Part shown: positions 50,821 through 64,000 of the stretch, one piece after another
How positions within the stretch are numbered: position 1 is the first letter of the stretch
Layout: each line of letters begins with the position of its first letter
NCBI RefSeq assembly: GCF_006345805.1
Contig: NC_043014.1
Location: forward strand, 30,194,001 to 30,258,000
Direction: 5' to 3'
Length of the DNA stretch: 64,000 bases
Origin: Octopus sinensis
Taxonomy: Eukaryota
Translations under genes and position numbers: made by a program
The notes under the pieces: generated by a model
What the model was told of the DNA's origin: nothing
The model's input: only the letters and a program-made list of their open reading frames with translations
Database searches by the model: none

Positions 50821-51074
50821 ATATGTATGTGGGTGTATATATATATATATATATATATCCACAAACAACAATAGACTGATTGTAGTTCAAAACAGCTGTT
50901 TCAGATATGTCTTTTATTGATGAACAAAAGTGTTACATCACCGACCTGACCTTGGTACTTTACTATTTAAGTACCTGATTCTCTTGAATCCTGCAAATTT
51001 ATATATACATACATACAGTTTACAGAAAGAAGAAGTAAGAAAGAGAAGAAGTAATATTATCCAATATTATTTAC

Positions 51075-51267
51075 CTTTGATTGTTTTCTTTTCACAAGCA
51101 GCACAACCATCAGAAATCATGTGGAAATCATTCTTGTCAATCACACTCTGCAGACATCTGTTGATGATTTGGGGGAAACTCTGCTGAGAGAGCATCATGT
51201 ACTTCTCTCGAATAGTAAGCGCCTTGACTAAGTTCTTGGAAGCTTCTTCGAGGTCTTTCAGTGGGAT
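51075..51267 (-). CDS. AMPD2: AMP deaminase exon (IPLKDLEEASKNLVKALTIREKYMMLSQQSF...KTIK)
   Basis: Acceptor tttcccatgttAG, donor AAAG|GTAAAT. 193 nt, phase 0 to 1. Matches the AMPD [24 protein letters not shown] region. Not in the ORF track; read directly. Confidence 0.93.
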
Positions 51268-51507
51268 CTAACATGGGAAACAGATAAAGGAAAAGAGAGT
51301 GAAATTCAAATCATTAAATGCTAAATTGATTTAAAACATAATGATTTCTCACATTGGTACAAGGAATTCCACATATTTATAAACGGCAATGTGTGTGTGT
51401 GTGGCCGGGGAGGGGGTATTGAATTATCACCAAAACATAGTTGGTACTTATTTTATGAATCTCAAAGGGTGTCACTGTTGTCATCACCATTATCACAGTT
51501 GTTGTCG

Positions 51508-51538
<31 letters not shown>

Positions 51539-52071
51539 GTAGTTGTTCAAGCTAACAAGGGATCCCTCGTGATCACTCAAACTGTTTGAAATAACAGCCA
51601 AAATTCTCCTCAAATCACAGTATACCATTGTAAAAAAAAAATAAAAAGAGAAGAATACATTGAATGATGTAATCTTAGATATACAATGTGTGAAAGCAAA
51701 CCCTAACTAAAATGCCTTTGATCATTTGCCTGGGGCTGAACAAAGACAAACTCATGAAATTGCAAATTCTCAGCAAATAGAATCTGACTTCAAATCCAAG
51801 GTGTAACAGATTGTGTTATTGTTCTGATATCATCTTATAACTACAGTTTGTATGGAATGACTACACATTGTATAGAAAATAACTATGCATTGTATGAAAT
51901 GATACCACAGTATATGAAATGGTTAGACATTATATTTACACATTGTACCAACTTGCTACACAGTGTAGAAAATGATTACAGGGTTGTAGGAGATGACTGC
52001 ACATTGTATGAAATGAAATCACAGAGTAAGAAATTATCATATATTGGAAATATCTACAATTTGCTTGAAAT

Positions 52072-52504
52072 TTAACCCTTTAGCATTTTGTCAAATGTAT
52101 TGCTTATTTATTCACATTATTTTGAATTAATCACACATTATCTTGTAGCTTTGAGATTTCAATGGTAATTTCTGTATATTTCTAGAATGACGTTATACGA
52201 TAGGTGTGAGAGGTTAGATGTGGTAAGTTTTAGCATAAAACAGGTAGAACGTTTGGGCCGGATACAGTTGGATTAAATACTTAAGCATTCAGATTACTCT
52301 GTCAATTGTAATGCTTATTTTATCACATTGTTTGGAATTAATCATGCATTATCTCATAACTTCAAGATTTCAATGAATGTGCTTGTTTATTTTTAGAATG
52401 ATATTGTAGGGTAAGTGTGAGAGACCAAATCTGGCCAGTTTGATCATAAAACATGAACAAAATATTTAGGTTGGATGTAGCCAGTTTAAATGCTAAATGG
52501 TTAA
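52072..52504. mobile_element. piggyBac-like MITE (TTAA-flanked)
   Basis: TTAA-ccctttagcattt ... aaatgctaaatgg-TTAA. A related partial copy starts near 30824. Confidence 0.7.
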
Positions 52505-52834
52505 ATGAATGTTAAGAAAACTATTTTTGGCAATTAGAAACTCTGATAAGATCTATAAAGTGCCCATTTAACACCAACAAATGTCACAAATCTATTTCAT
52601 TGAAAAACCATGGATTCATATATATGAACTGATTATATAAAATAATTCCAAATTCTAAATATAAGAATTTGTTGGGAATTAAACTCTCAGTTCTTTCAAC
52701 TAGAAATGCTGACTGGATACTTTGTTTAAATGATTACTAACACGGCACAGATCAACCCAAACAAGTCTGATGTGCAGAGTGCACACAATAACAACAATAA
52801 CAAGAAAGGGCATTTATAGAGTTTATAGACTTAC

Positions 52835-53015
52835 ACCACTGAAATGTTTTCCTTGAACTCCACATTTGTTGACTATGGAGATTCTTTCAAACATTGGAGA
52901 CAGATCAATGTCAGGGGTAGATTTAGTCTCGTCAATATCTGGAACACTCTCTGCTCTTTTCCAACAGCGATTTGCTTCATCTTCAGGTTCATTATAGTGC
53001 ATCCAAGGACTGGAA
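52835..53015 (-). CDS. AMPD2: AMP deaminase exon (N-terminal region, SSPWMHY...PMFERISIVNKCGVQGKHFSG)
   Basis: Acceptor ttctttgtctAG, donor GGT|GTAAGT. 181 nt, phase 2 to 0. FERISI..G matches the AMPD FQRV.ISG motif and runs in frame into the next exon. Confidence 0.85.
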
Positions 53016-53548
53016 CTAGACAAAGAATAAGAGAAGGTTTAAAAATATATAGATTTTTTTTCATTTGAAACAAACTTTAAAATAGTGAGCCACTGTGGTA
53101 GCTTCTATCAGCTAGAAATAGTGACCAAAACTCCTTCAAATCACACCATACTGTCTTAAAGATAAAAGCTATATTGGATAGCTTAGATTTGGATATACTC
53201 TGACTGAAAAGGATAAAAAAACAAGATAATCACATCTGGAATGCCTTTAGTCATAGCTTTAGTTAATCAGGACTAACCTTGACTAAACAACAAGTTTGAA
53301 AGATAATGTTAAAATACACCCAGGTCTGAAAATTATAAAGCAAAGTGAACTATGCCATTTAGGTGCATAAAAACATAAAAAAGGGATGAACTTCAGTCAG
53401 TCTCATTCTCTTTGATCCTAAATAACAAACTAAGATTAGTAGTTCAAGGGGTTTTAATTTCAGTGTTTTTCAAGGTCTCTGGGACAGGTTGAAGGCAGTG
53501 AAGAAGTTACCTTCAAACCTGAGACCTGGCACAAATGCTTATAATAAA

Positions 53549-53988
53549 CTAGCAGCATAGCCCGGCGTTGCCCGGGTATGTAAGAGCCCCTAGTAGGCAA
53601 CGATTAATCTCAATCTAGTCCTTTCCCTCTAGGGAACGAAGGCGCATGTGTAGGTTGCAATGTCTTCTCTTCACTCGAATACTTCTGTGTATACAATGTT
53701 CCTAGCTGTCCCTTTGGGCGATAAAAAGGTCGAGTTGTGTCACCTAGACAGAAAATGTGTTGCATATAAAAAGCTTAGATTCTCGACCCCATGTCGAATT
53801 TATTGATTTTTTTCAGAACTGGGGGAACTTTTCAAAATTTTTGCTGCGTTAGTTTTGAAATATGACATTGGGCTATGTGTGTGTCAAGTTTCATCAGAAT
53901 CGGTTGAAAGCCATGGTCAGGGTGAGGGTACAACCTGACAGACACACAGACACACAGACAGACAAACTGCCGTTTATATAGAGAGAGA
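53549..53988 (-). mobile_element. Non-autonomous Helitron (related family, different body)
   Basis: Minus strand a|TCTCTCTCTATATAAACGGCAG...CCCGGGCAACGCCGGG-CTATGCTG-CTAG|t. Confidence 0.8.
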
Positions 53989-55899
53989 TAAGGTGAATTC
54001 TACTAAAAACCCAAAAACTGAGTGGTGGTGTTAAACTGGATGATGGATGAAGTCTATTACCTAACAACAAGAACAATCTTTCCAACAAGTTTAAGCACAA
54101 TGTCTGTCTATCAAATTTTACTCACAAGCTTTTGCTCATTTCTAGACTAGGGATTGAACATTCAGCCTTGCCTGTACCTATATGTATGTATATGTATGCA
54201 TGTAACTAAGGCAGTAAGCTGGCAGAATCATTAGCACATCGGATGATGTGCTTAACAGCATTTCTTCTCTTTGCATTCTGGGTTCAAATCTCATCCAAGG
54301 CCAACTTTACTTTCATCCTTTTAGGATCAAATAAAGTAACTACCAGTTAAGCACAGGAATTTATTTAATTGACTTACCACTTGCCTAAAATTACCGGCCT
54401 AGTGCCAAAATTTTAAATCATGTGTATATACATGTACACCTGTATTTTATTTGTTTGAACATATCTCTTTCATTGCTCTCTCTGGAAATATAAAATTAGA
54501 TACATGAGTATCATATATGCAAGTATTCTGCATATATGGGATTTTGTAAATAAGTGTATAGACATGTAAAGTGTTTAACTGTAAATGCTTGTTTCTAAAT
54601 ATACTGTTATTCACAGTGATGCATATAATTGTATGTATGATTGTGTGTGTGTGTGTGTTTATGTTATATTTATGCATTAAGTCTTAATACCAAGCACATA
54701 TGTGTACTTTTACATGTATATTCATGTATTTGCATGTGTATGTGTGTGTTTATTAAGTATGATTTATCAGGTGAGTGGAAGTATATGTGCAAGTGCACAA
54801 ACATATGTATGTGTGCAAGTACATGTGTGTGCAAGTACGTGTGTGTGCATATGTACATGCATAAATATATGCACACATACATACGTATAAACACACATGC
54901 ACACACACACACACACACAATCATAACAGCAATAAAAGCCTGCTAGCATTGCCTTGAATTGGAAATAATAAAGCTTTGGTTAAATCTGGTTTGTGATTTA
55001 TTAATCAATAACATGTGGACATTTGGATATCAAATACCTGGGACTTGCTGAGTCTGATGAATAGAGCTATCAAATAACCAAGCTTCAATTGTATGGCAAT
55101 ATAAACAAAAATGGCCAAGTCAACAAGGAAGCATGTATGTAGTGAATTAACCTGCTAGAAATAGAAGACAAATCTCTCTAAAATCACACTGAACCAATTA
55201 ATAAAAAGGAAGGATACATTGAAAAATGTATTCCTAGGTAGACTGTGTCTTAAAATGATAGAATAGTTATGATTGGAATGCCTTTGGTTATCAGTCAGGT
55301 AGATCAGGATGTACAAAACCATAATTCTATAAGTTTTATTTGAGAACTTTATTTCTATATTTTTCCCTTTTTGTTTTTTAATAATTTTATTTAATCTAGA
55401 TCAATTGTCTGGTAAGTAGTTTTAGAAAAAATTCATAATTTATGGGAAATTTCAGGATTTCAGAATAAAATCTGGGAATTACTGTAGGGAAATTTTTTGG
55501 AAGTTGGAAAAATTATTTACCAACATTCACACTGTTTTTTTTTTTCTACATTTAATCTCCTTTCAAAGACACTGAGGTTTAATTAATAGATAAGGCAATT
55601 AATGTTATGAAATATATTGTGTTGCATACAAGAGTTTTCTTATATGTAGAGAAAAATCAGGCAGTGAACTGGTAAAGATGAAGACACAGAAAAAATATTA
55701 ACAAATACTAACATTAACACACACATACATATAGACACAGGCATGGCTGTGTGCTAAGAAGCTTCCTTCCCAACCACATGGTTCTGGGTTCAGTCCTACT
55801 GTGTAGCAACTTGGACAAGTATCTTCTACTAGAGCTCTGGCCAACTAAAATATCCAGGTAACTTGCTAAAATGGAAATATCTTTGAAAGAATAGAACAA

Positions 55900-56165
55900 A
55901 ATATTTTGTAGCTGCTATGGTCATGAGATTGATCGCAAATACAAGCTGCAATGGGGCTCCTTCAAAGGATCTCTAGAGTAACATTACTCGACAGGGTGTG
56001 TAGCTTGGAGATCAGGGAGTCTCTTCACAATGAAGGATCAGATTTCCAGTATTATGGACCTGTGATTAGAATGTTGCAGGAAAGAATCGCAAGTCAGATT
56101 CTTCAAGTCAAGCTAACCAGCAGGAGACTGAGGAATAGATCAAGAATGAGATGATTGGATAATAT
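55900..56165 (+). mobile_element. RTE-like LINE remnant
   Basis: MGLLQRISRVTLLDRVCSLEIRESL...RMLQERIASQIL..KLTSRR.R.RSRMRW.D. Confidence 0.55.
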
Positions 56166-56389
56166 CCATAGTCTTAGTTGGTCATGTTTGAGAATCCAGA
56201 TGGAAATTTTAATGATGGTTGCTTATGATAGGACCCTGTGGAAGTGGTGCTTGAGGCCTCTATGTCTCCTAGGAGTAGTGGGTGGAGAAAATGGATGGTT
56301 CTATGGTTTCTGAAATACCAGAGTAAACAAACTATCAAATAAACAAACTTGATAAAAACAGAAACAATAAATATTTTATTATTCGGTAT

Positions 56390-57200
56390 GATGGATATAA
56401 GAAACCATAGAACCATGGACCACTCAAGCAGAGAGTTGTTGTTGGTTGAGACATATGCAGGTGTAGGTGGTTCATCCAGTATTTCCTGGAGGAATTTGTC
56501 CAGGTACCATTTGAAAGTTGTAGGGTCTTTTGCTACTTTAATTTCTTTCAAGATATCATTGAAAATAGCAGGACCATTTGCAGTGGAGAAATTGTGTCAC
56601 AATGTTCATATGTGATCTCGACCTTTGTAGGGGATGCATTGCATGGGGGCCTAGTCTTGGGTGAATTGTAAACATAATACCAATATCATTTGGATAATAT
56701 TAGTGGAATATTTTCCACATGGTGCAAATAATATATCGCTCATGGTGGCATTGCAGAGAATAGAGTTTCAGCTGTTTAAGTCGAGCCCAGTAATCAAGTC
56801 CTGTCATGTCATTAATTTTTTTTTGTGATTGATCTTTGTGGTGTTTCAATCCTCATTATGTCTTGTTTTTTTGTAGGGGGACCACAATGGGTAGCAGTAT
56901 TCAAGATGGGACCTAGCAAATGTGGAGAAGAGAAGGATGATGGTTTCATGATCCCTAGATTGAAAAGTTCTAAGAACCCATGGGCACATTTTGTGGGTAG
57001 CATCGACGTTTTTGTTGATGTGCACACTCCAGCTAAGGTTGCTGTCAACAATTACACTTAAGTTTCTAATATTATCCGACAGTTCAAGTAGGTTTCCTGA
57101 TGGTAGTGTATATGGTTGTTTGAGTGTGCCCTCTTTTCCAAAGTGGATGAGTTCCAATTTTTCTTTGTTCAGTGGCATATTGTTTTTGTACCCACTGGCA
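56390..57200 (-). mobile_element. Degraded CR1/L2-superclade LINE 3' region
   Basis: NKEKLELIHFG...NLSVIVDSNLSWSVHI...VLRTFQSRD...SHLEYCYPLWSP, then FKWYLDKFLQEILDEP..AY...NNSLLEW. Confidence 0.75.
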
Positions 57201-58289
57201 CAAACACAGGCAAGGTTTTTACAGCTGGATGCCCTTCTGAACACCAACCACTTTACAGTGTGGACTGGGTGCTTTTAAGTGACACCTGCATTGACAGAGT
57301 CATCAAGTACTTACAAGACAAAAAAAGAAAAAATAAACCCTTTACTAGTTTAAGTCCTTGGACTGTGGTCATGCTGGGGCACTACCTTGGTACTGGAGCA
57401 CTACATTGATATACACATATATACACAGACACATTTACACACACACACACATAGATTATGTTTACAAACAAGAAAAAAATACCAAATACATTGTGTAGAG
57501 TTATGCATCATTAGGAATCAATTGATGATTTAGTCCATCAGAACTCAAACTTTCATGTGCTTACCACTCATATAACCACTCAGGCAATATTTGGTGAATG
57601 GACGAAAATAGTAAGTCCATAGCACATCACCTAGCTAGATTTGCATTAATCTAGGCAAGTTATGTGATTAAATATGACAGACTTGAAACACAATAGTGTA
57701 AGGCAAACACCTGATCCAGAAATGTGGTCATTGTTAATGGACAGCTACCCATGATACCTATGGATCTGTTATTCATGAGTTTGAATCAGTAAACCATAGA
57801 TTTTCAAGCACATAGAAGCTTTCTAAAAAACTTCCTCCAATGACTAGTTGATAATATCTAGTTAAATTATATAGCTGGCTATTTTAATATCTAAAACTTT
57901 TCAGTTAGGTATAGCTTGCTGTTTCAGGATCCTCTGATGTATGCTGTAGTTTTGTCATGTTTTTGAATATGTTCTAATCCATGAATTACCAAAAAAGTTA
58001 GAAGAAGGGTGTAAATTCTTCACTAATCCTTACTTGAAAGAGTGTAGAGGTAGGTAATAATGGCTTTTGAATGTGTTCACTGTAAGTCCCATGAAATTCC
58101 TTTCAATGCCATGTGGGAAAGTGTTATCAGTACTCTATATATTACTACCTTGGAAAAACAAGCAGGGGATTTCTGAAGTTACAAACTGGCTTTTGGTGCA
58201 GAAGCTGTCTAGATGTAAGATTTCAGTTGTACAAGTGCATCACAGAAAACTAGAATACTAAAGTAAAAATAAATATTCAAACAAGTTAT

Positions 58290-58690
58290 TATTTGGAGGC
58301 CCATGTCTCAGTACATGGTAGTGAGATGTGAGCCTTGAATGAAGAGGACATGCGATGGCTAGAGAAGAATGAGGCTAGCATGCTCCACTAGATGTGTAAT
58401 GTAAGTGTACATGTTTGACAGAGTGCTGGTATATTGAGACAGAAGTTAAGCATAAGAGAATTAGATGTAGTGTGCAAGAGAGAAGACTGCACTGGTTTGG
58501 TCATGTGATGTAGAGGGATGCCAACAGCTCTGTAAAGAAGTGCTGATCTCTCACTGTGGATCACATGGAAGAGGGAGACCCAGGAAGACATGGGACAAAG
58601 TACTGAAGGATGACCTCCAGATGCTGAAGCTCTCAGATGAGATGGCAAAGGACTGAGATACCTGATGCCTTGTACTCAGTAAAACCCATC
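58290..58690 (+). mobile_element. RTE-clade LINE 3' remnant
   Basis: Broken frame resembling HGSE.WALNEEDMR.LEKNEASML..MCNVSV...QERRLHWFGHVM. Confidence 0.65.
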
Positions 58691-59195
58691 CTCCATGGCA
58701 GAAGTGTTAAAGCCACACCTCCTGGTCTGCAAGAGTCATGTGTCAGTGCTACGTAAAAAGCACTCATGCCAGTATCATGTGAAAGTGCTTGTGTGGTGTC
58801 ATGTTAAAAGCACGTAGCACACACTATAAAGTGATTGGTGTTAGGAAGGGCATCTGGTATACAAACCAAGCCAAATCAGACTACAACTTGATGCAGCTCT
58901 CCAGCTTGCCAGCTCTGGTCAAACTGTCCAACCCATGCCAGCATAGAAAACAGACGTTAAAAAATGATGATGATGATCTTATTATTCTGATGCACAACTG
59001 ATGCAGCAGTAGTACTTCATTCCAATCTGTAAACAATTTCCCTAATTTCTAAAAGGATTACTGTAGACCAGCAAGTGTAAGAAGATAGACAAATATAGCA
59101 TTACAGACTTAAGATTAAAACACAAGACAAAGACTACTCCTAAAGAAAGCCATATGAAACACCTTACACACACACACAACATATGTGTAGCTGAC

Positions 59196-59262
59196 CTTTG
59201 ATGATGATCACCGATCTGGATTGGGTGATAAGATTGATGTGCTTGATGTTCAGCAAGAACAT
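59196..59262 (-). CDS. Candidate upstream AMPD exon (VLAEHQAHQSYHPIQIGDHHQ)
   Basis: Pyrimidine-rich tract then tctgcAG, 67 nt open segment, donor CAAAG|GTCAGC. Its phase-2 end matches the phase-2 start of the 53015 exon. No recognisable homology, so support is splice signals and phase only. Confidence 0.35.
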
Positions 59263-60429
59263 CTGCAGATTTGTGTCCATAAGGAAAATGTGAAAAGGGT
59301 GAGAATTCCAGAGGTTTGAATGTTAAAGGGAGGAGAGGATGGGGAAAAGTATTTAATGCAGAAGTTTTGGAAGTGAGACACAGTAAGGGTAATGGAATAA
59401 GGGAAGATGAATGGGCCAAGTAGGATGTGGGAAGGGAGGATATGAGATAACTAGAGCAGAGAACATTAAAACAGCAATAAAGAAAGAGAGAAAGGAGACA
59501 GCATGTCTGGGAACTAGTGACCAATTACTAATTGATACTAAGAAAGTAGATGGTAATAGAATACTAAAATAAACAGCCTTGAATTCATGTTATTCTTCAA
59601 TGAACATCTCCATGCCAGCTCAGTCTCCTCTTCTGCATACAACATTTAATGTCCAATTTTTATCTCAGTATACAAGTGTTCATATCCACATAATACAGTA
59701 TACACATGTACCATATTATGTGCAGCCAAGATACTTAACTCCTGATATCAAAAATAGGATTTTAAAAAATAAATAGGGGCAAGGCAGCGAGCTAACAGAA
59801 TTGTTAGCATGCTGGGTAAAATGCTTAGTGGTATTTCATCCATCTTTATGTTCTGGGTTCAAATACCACTTGGGTTAACTTTGCCTTTTGTTCTTTCAGA
59901 GTCAATAAAATAAGTACCAGTTGAACACTGGTGTCAATGTAATCAATTTATCCCCACTGCCAAAATCGCTGGCCTTGTGCCAAAATTTGAAATCAATATT
60001 AAAAATAATAATACCATAACCTCTATGTTTCTTTTTTATCAGGACAAATAGCTTTATTTTTCTTTGGGAACAGATGCAATTAGTGTTAGCATAGAGTGAA
60101 GGTTCTAATCCAGTTAAAGCTTATATTCTGTGCTGTATTTTTAACAGGATGTTGTACATAATTATTATCAATGATGAAAATGATGATAGTGGTGGTGATG
60201 TGGTGATGGAGGTGGTTGCAGGGAAACATTCTTCTTCACCTATCATCTATATTAATCTTGAAAGTAAAGTATAGGGCCAAAGTTCATATCTAGTTAAAGT
60301 TAAGCATTCAGTATTGTTGATGCACATTTTGATGTCTTATCTCAGATAACTTTGCTTGCTTTTCTTCTGGAGCCAATGAAATGAGTACATTCAACTTTTA
60401 ACCAATCTAAAGAAAAGATCATTTGTTAT

Positions 60430-60915
60430 CTGCATAAATTAGCATTCGTTATCATATAAATCAATCCATATTGTTACATAAATCAGTTGTTGTCAGTGCA
60501 TAAATCACTATCTGCCATTCCATAAATCAGTGTTAGTCATTACATGCATGTGATTGACAGCTGACATTACATAATTCAATTGTTGTCAAAACATAAATCA
60601 GCAATTGTCTTTACAAAAATGAGTGGCTGTCATTACATAAATAAGTCCCTGTCATTACATTAACCAATCACCATCAGTGACTGACAATATATAAATCACT
60701 ATCTGGCATTATATAAATCAAACACTGTCTTAGCATAAGTCAAGAGCTGTCAGTATGTAAGTCAGTACCTGTCATTGCATAAAGCGAGTCCTTTTCTTTA
60801 CATAAATCAATTGTCATCATTACATAAATCAGTTATTGCTATTGCATGAATCAGTTGTCACCGTTACATAAATCAGTTGCTATCATTATATAAATCAGTT
60901 ACTGTTATTACATAA
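60430..60915. repeat. Degenerate minisatellite, ~20-22-bp unit (cattacataaatcagttg..gt)
   Basis: The ataaatca core recurs many times. Confidence 0.8.
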
Positions 60916-61518
60916 ATACTTTTTAAAAATGGTTGAGTGTGTTTTAAAGACCATTTAGCATCTATTTCTTGCCATTCAATATAACCAGAGAAAGGCCTCT
61001 CTGTTGGCCCATATGTGTATGTTTGCACAGTATATTGATTGCATTCTTCCAAATTGAATTTTCAATATAAATTTGACTCCCAAGAATGCCATTTTATTTT
61101 ATTTACATCTTGTACCTTCTAATTCTTGCTGATAGTAATTACCTTGTTTCTTTCAAATAAGGTATTTTTATTCCACTAGTGTTAGTGCCATGTAAAATGC
61201 GTCCGGTACACTCTTACACTCTGTAAAGTGGTTGGCATTAGGAAGGGCACCCAACTGTACAAATCATGCCAAAACAGACAATGGAGCCTGGTGCACCTCC
61301 TGGGTTTGCCAGCTCCTGTTAAACTGTCCAACCCATGCCAGCATGGAAAGTGTCTGTTAAACAATGATGATGATGATAGCATTCACATGAAACCAATAAA
61401 ACTATCAAGCTACAGGGTGCATTGTTTGTAGGAGACATAAACAAATGCATCGTTGCTGAAACAGGGTGAATGTGAAGACATGCAAAAACAACCACTGACA
61501 TGCACACACATACATATA

Positions 61519-61564
<46 letters not shown>

Positions 61565-62879
61565 TAGTAATATAATAAATAAATATATGCATATATACAT
61601 ACATATATGTACATTCTTACATCTACATGTATATATACATGCATATATATATATGAGTACAGGACACCACAAATAAATGTAGAACACAATGAGAGACGAG
61701 AACATAAAATCAAACAAGGAAACGGACTTTTTTTAAACAACAAAAAACAGAGTACAGGACAAATTCCCCTTCATCAGCTGTCCCTGGTTCGACTCAAAGT
61801 GTGTTTCAAAGGTAAGGACAGAACACAGTCGAAGCAGTCCTTCCTGCAAAAGGAATTAAATAAAATTCTTTTGCAGAGGGGTAAAACAAGTGACAAAAAC
61901 AGGACTTATATATACATATATATATATGTATGTGTGTATATATATATATATATGAGATTCTGTACAGTTTCAGTCCATCAAATTTCCTAAAGAAGTCATT
62001 AAGAAGCCCCAGATTATAATAGAAGATACTTGCTCAAAAGATGAAAGCTGAAACTCTAAGGCCAACAGCCATGTGTGTGTGTGTGTGTGTGTGTGTAGGT
62101 ATGTGTGTGTTAGAAGATTTTTTTTTACATCAAACACACTTCTTATATAAACTAAAAATAATTTTGTCACTAGTGACAGTGGCACAAAGAACACCCAGTA
62201 CATACTGTATGGTGGTTGGTGCTAGGAAGGACATCCAGCCATAAAAACATCCCAAAGCTGATGTTGGAGCTCAGCACAGCCCTTGCTGGATTCTGTCAAT
62301 CTGCCCAACCCATGGTAAACAGACATTAAATGATGATGATTAAAAACCTCAGTAAAGAAAACTAATATTTGTGGACAGCCAATATTATTTTAATCAGTAA
62401 ACTAATGGAAAGGCAACAATGGACGTGTTTCACTCTTGTTGACTCTTTTCAGTCTTGTCATTTGACTGTGACCATATTGAGGGCACAATTTTGGAGACAC
62501 AGTCAATTACATTGACCCCAGAAGGTCGAAAGGCAAAGTGGATGGAAAGCAAGTGGGATCTGAAGTCAAAAAATAAGGGAACATAAGCAAACACTCGTTC
62601 AAGGTGTTTTCACTAGTGAACAGTTTAGCAAGATATAGAATGACTAAACTGACCCTGGAGAGCAAACCCAACCACAGATCTCTTCCTTTATTTGTCGATA
62701 AGAATAATGCCTCCCAACTATATTTTTGTTCCTGTGAACCTGACTGTATTTTATTTTTCTAATGTTTTGAAAGCCAGTCTGAAGACACTGAGCCTTATGA
62801 AGGAGATGACTAAGATATCTGATACATAACTATACTCAAGAAGACCTATACACCACAGCAGAATTAATACCCATGCTGG

Positions 62880-63060
62880 TACCACATAAAAAGCACCCAG
62901 TATACTCTGTAAAGTGGTTGGCATTAGGAAGGGCATCCAGCCATAGGAACTATGCCAGAACAGCCAATGGAGCCTGGTGCAGCCACTAGCCTTACCAGCT
63001 TCAGTCAAACTATCCAACCCATGCCATCATGGAAAACAAACGTTAAATGATGATGATGAT
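62880..63060 (+). mobile_element. Short retroelement family D ending in (GAT)n
   Basis: gtggttggcattaggaagggcatccagc...gtccaacccatgccagcatggaaa..acgttaaatgatgatg. Further copies at ~16615-16780(-), 25490-25645, 33160-33280, 49860-50040, 58740-58980, 61190-61380 and 62190-62340. Confidence 0.75.
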
Positions 63061-63455
63061 TTTACCAAAATAACTGTTTTCTCATGGTATAGTGTTCCCT
63101 CATGGTCTATTTTATAAACCCAACTCAATTTGTGTGTATGCATGTATGTGTGTTTCTGTATGTGAGTGTATGTGTGTACATATATGCATGTGTGTACATA
63201 TATATGTGTGCATATATGTGTGTACACAACATGTGTGCATTTATGTATGTATGTATGTATGTGTGTGTATGTGCATGCGTGTGTGTGTTTGCATGTATGT
63301 GTATGTTTCATTTTCTATTTTATTCCTTTCTTTTAAAACAAATTGATTTCTTAAATATACAAATGTGTGTGTGTGTGTGTGTGTGTGTACATATGTATTA
63401 GTGAGCATATGCCATTTTCTCTTTATATTCTTTTCTTTTATAATGAAAGAGATGG

Positions 63456-63536
63456 GAAGAAGAAGAAGAAGAAGAAGAAGAAGAAGAAGAAGAAGAAGAA
63501 GAAGAAGAAGAAGAAGAAGAAGAAGAAGAAGAAGAA
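63456..63536. repeat. (GAA)n microsatellite
   Basis: Uninterrupted run of roughly 27 units. Confidence 0.95.
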
Positions 63537-64000
63537 GCCAGAAGTTAGGAGAAGAGCAAAAAGATGGTAGCAATAGTCATCAATTTGACTAATTACCAAT
63601 TCATTTAAGGTAAAATGAAATAATAAACGAGAAAATGTGACACACAGACACCCGATTATTTAAACATCAAATTCTCCACAGAAGTAGATGAAGGTCATTG
63701 ACTATATTGATGTTGTTGATACTGGTGTACTGCTAACACTAGGTTAGAATTGCCATCATCATAACCATAGTATTTTTGTTGTTATTGCTGTTGTTGTTAA
63801 TTATTGTTTTCATTGATCTCATTAGGGTTTAATGGTAGTTTAACTGTCTTAATTCATCAGAAGTCAACATGCCAAAAATACACACCTTAACAGACGGTAT
63901 CAGCAATGATTTGAATGCTACAGCCTTAGTATTGATTTCTACTGACCAAGTACATTGCCCCCACCATCATCATCATCCTCGTAATCATCAACAACATCAC

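Noticed and set aside
53009-53016. Second in-frame AG 6 nt inside the 53015 acceptor (tctAG ttccAG)
   Set aside because: A common chance configuration affecting two serines; no evidence of use.
60180-60300. ATG-containing minus-strand stretch after an AG (MIGEEECFPATT...)
   Set aside because: Low-complexity (CAC/CAT)n, runs to a stop, and no suitable donor was found.
61770-61825. Minus-strand GAAAC...GTC...CTGATGA-AGGGG resembling a type-II hammerhead
   Set aside because: No convincing stem I, and stems II and III rely on wobbles or only 2 bp; not supportable from this copy.
615-63592. Dozens of 60-160 aa ORFs rich in CV, HT, YI, N, L, D or K/R runs
   Set aside because: They are translations of (CA)n, (TA)n, (TAA)n, (GAT)n and (GAA)n microsatellites or of antisense SINE/LINE sequence, with no splice or homology support.
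63660-64000. Coding-looking sequence at the right edge as a possible first AMPD exon
   Set aside because: The minus-strand frames I read hit stops and I found no matching donor; undecidable without flanking sequence.

Overview
This is AT-rich, microsatellite- and repeat-saturated eukaryotic genomic DNA. The repeat landscape suggests an octopod cephalopod (inference). One protein-coding gene crosses the window on the minus strand: AMP deaminase (AMPD2-like). Eleven exons between 53015 and 5452 have GT-AG boundaries and consistent phases and join into one open frame containing the DTHIH and HCGE zinc/catalytic motifs. A possible further exon lies at 59196-59262; no further AMPD exons were found in the window, so the start and the 3' exons probably lie outside it. 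Nearly all short ORFs in the supplied track are microsatellite or transposon artefacts. The introns hold tRNA/CORE-type SINEs, R4/Dong-type retrotransposons next to trinucleotide repeats, CR1/L2- and RTE-like fragments, a 5'-truncated Penelope-like element with an open GIY-YIG frame, mariner remnants, TTAA MITEs, non-autonomous Helitrons and many long fold-backs. The most striking signal is a set of minimal hammerhead-ribozyme-like folds in four different fold-back repeats. Their 3-8 core pair co-varies (C-G, U-A, G-C) and all have palindromic stem III. Also notable are a ~4 kb composite, tandem Helitron that splits a young SINE and a candidate recursive splice site in the largest confirmed intron.
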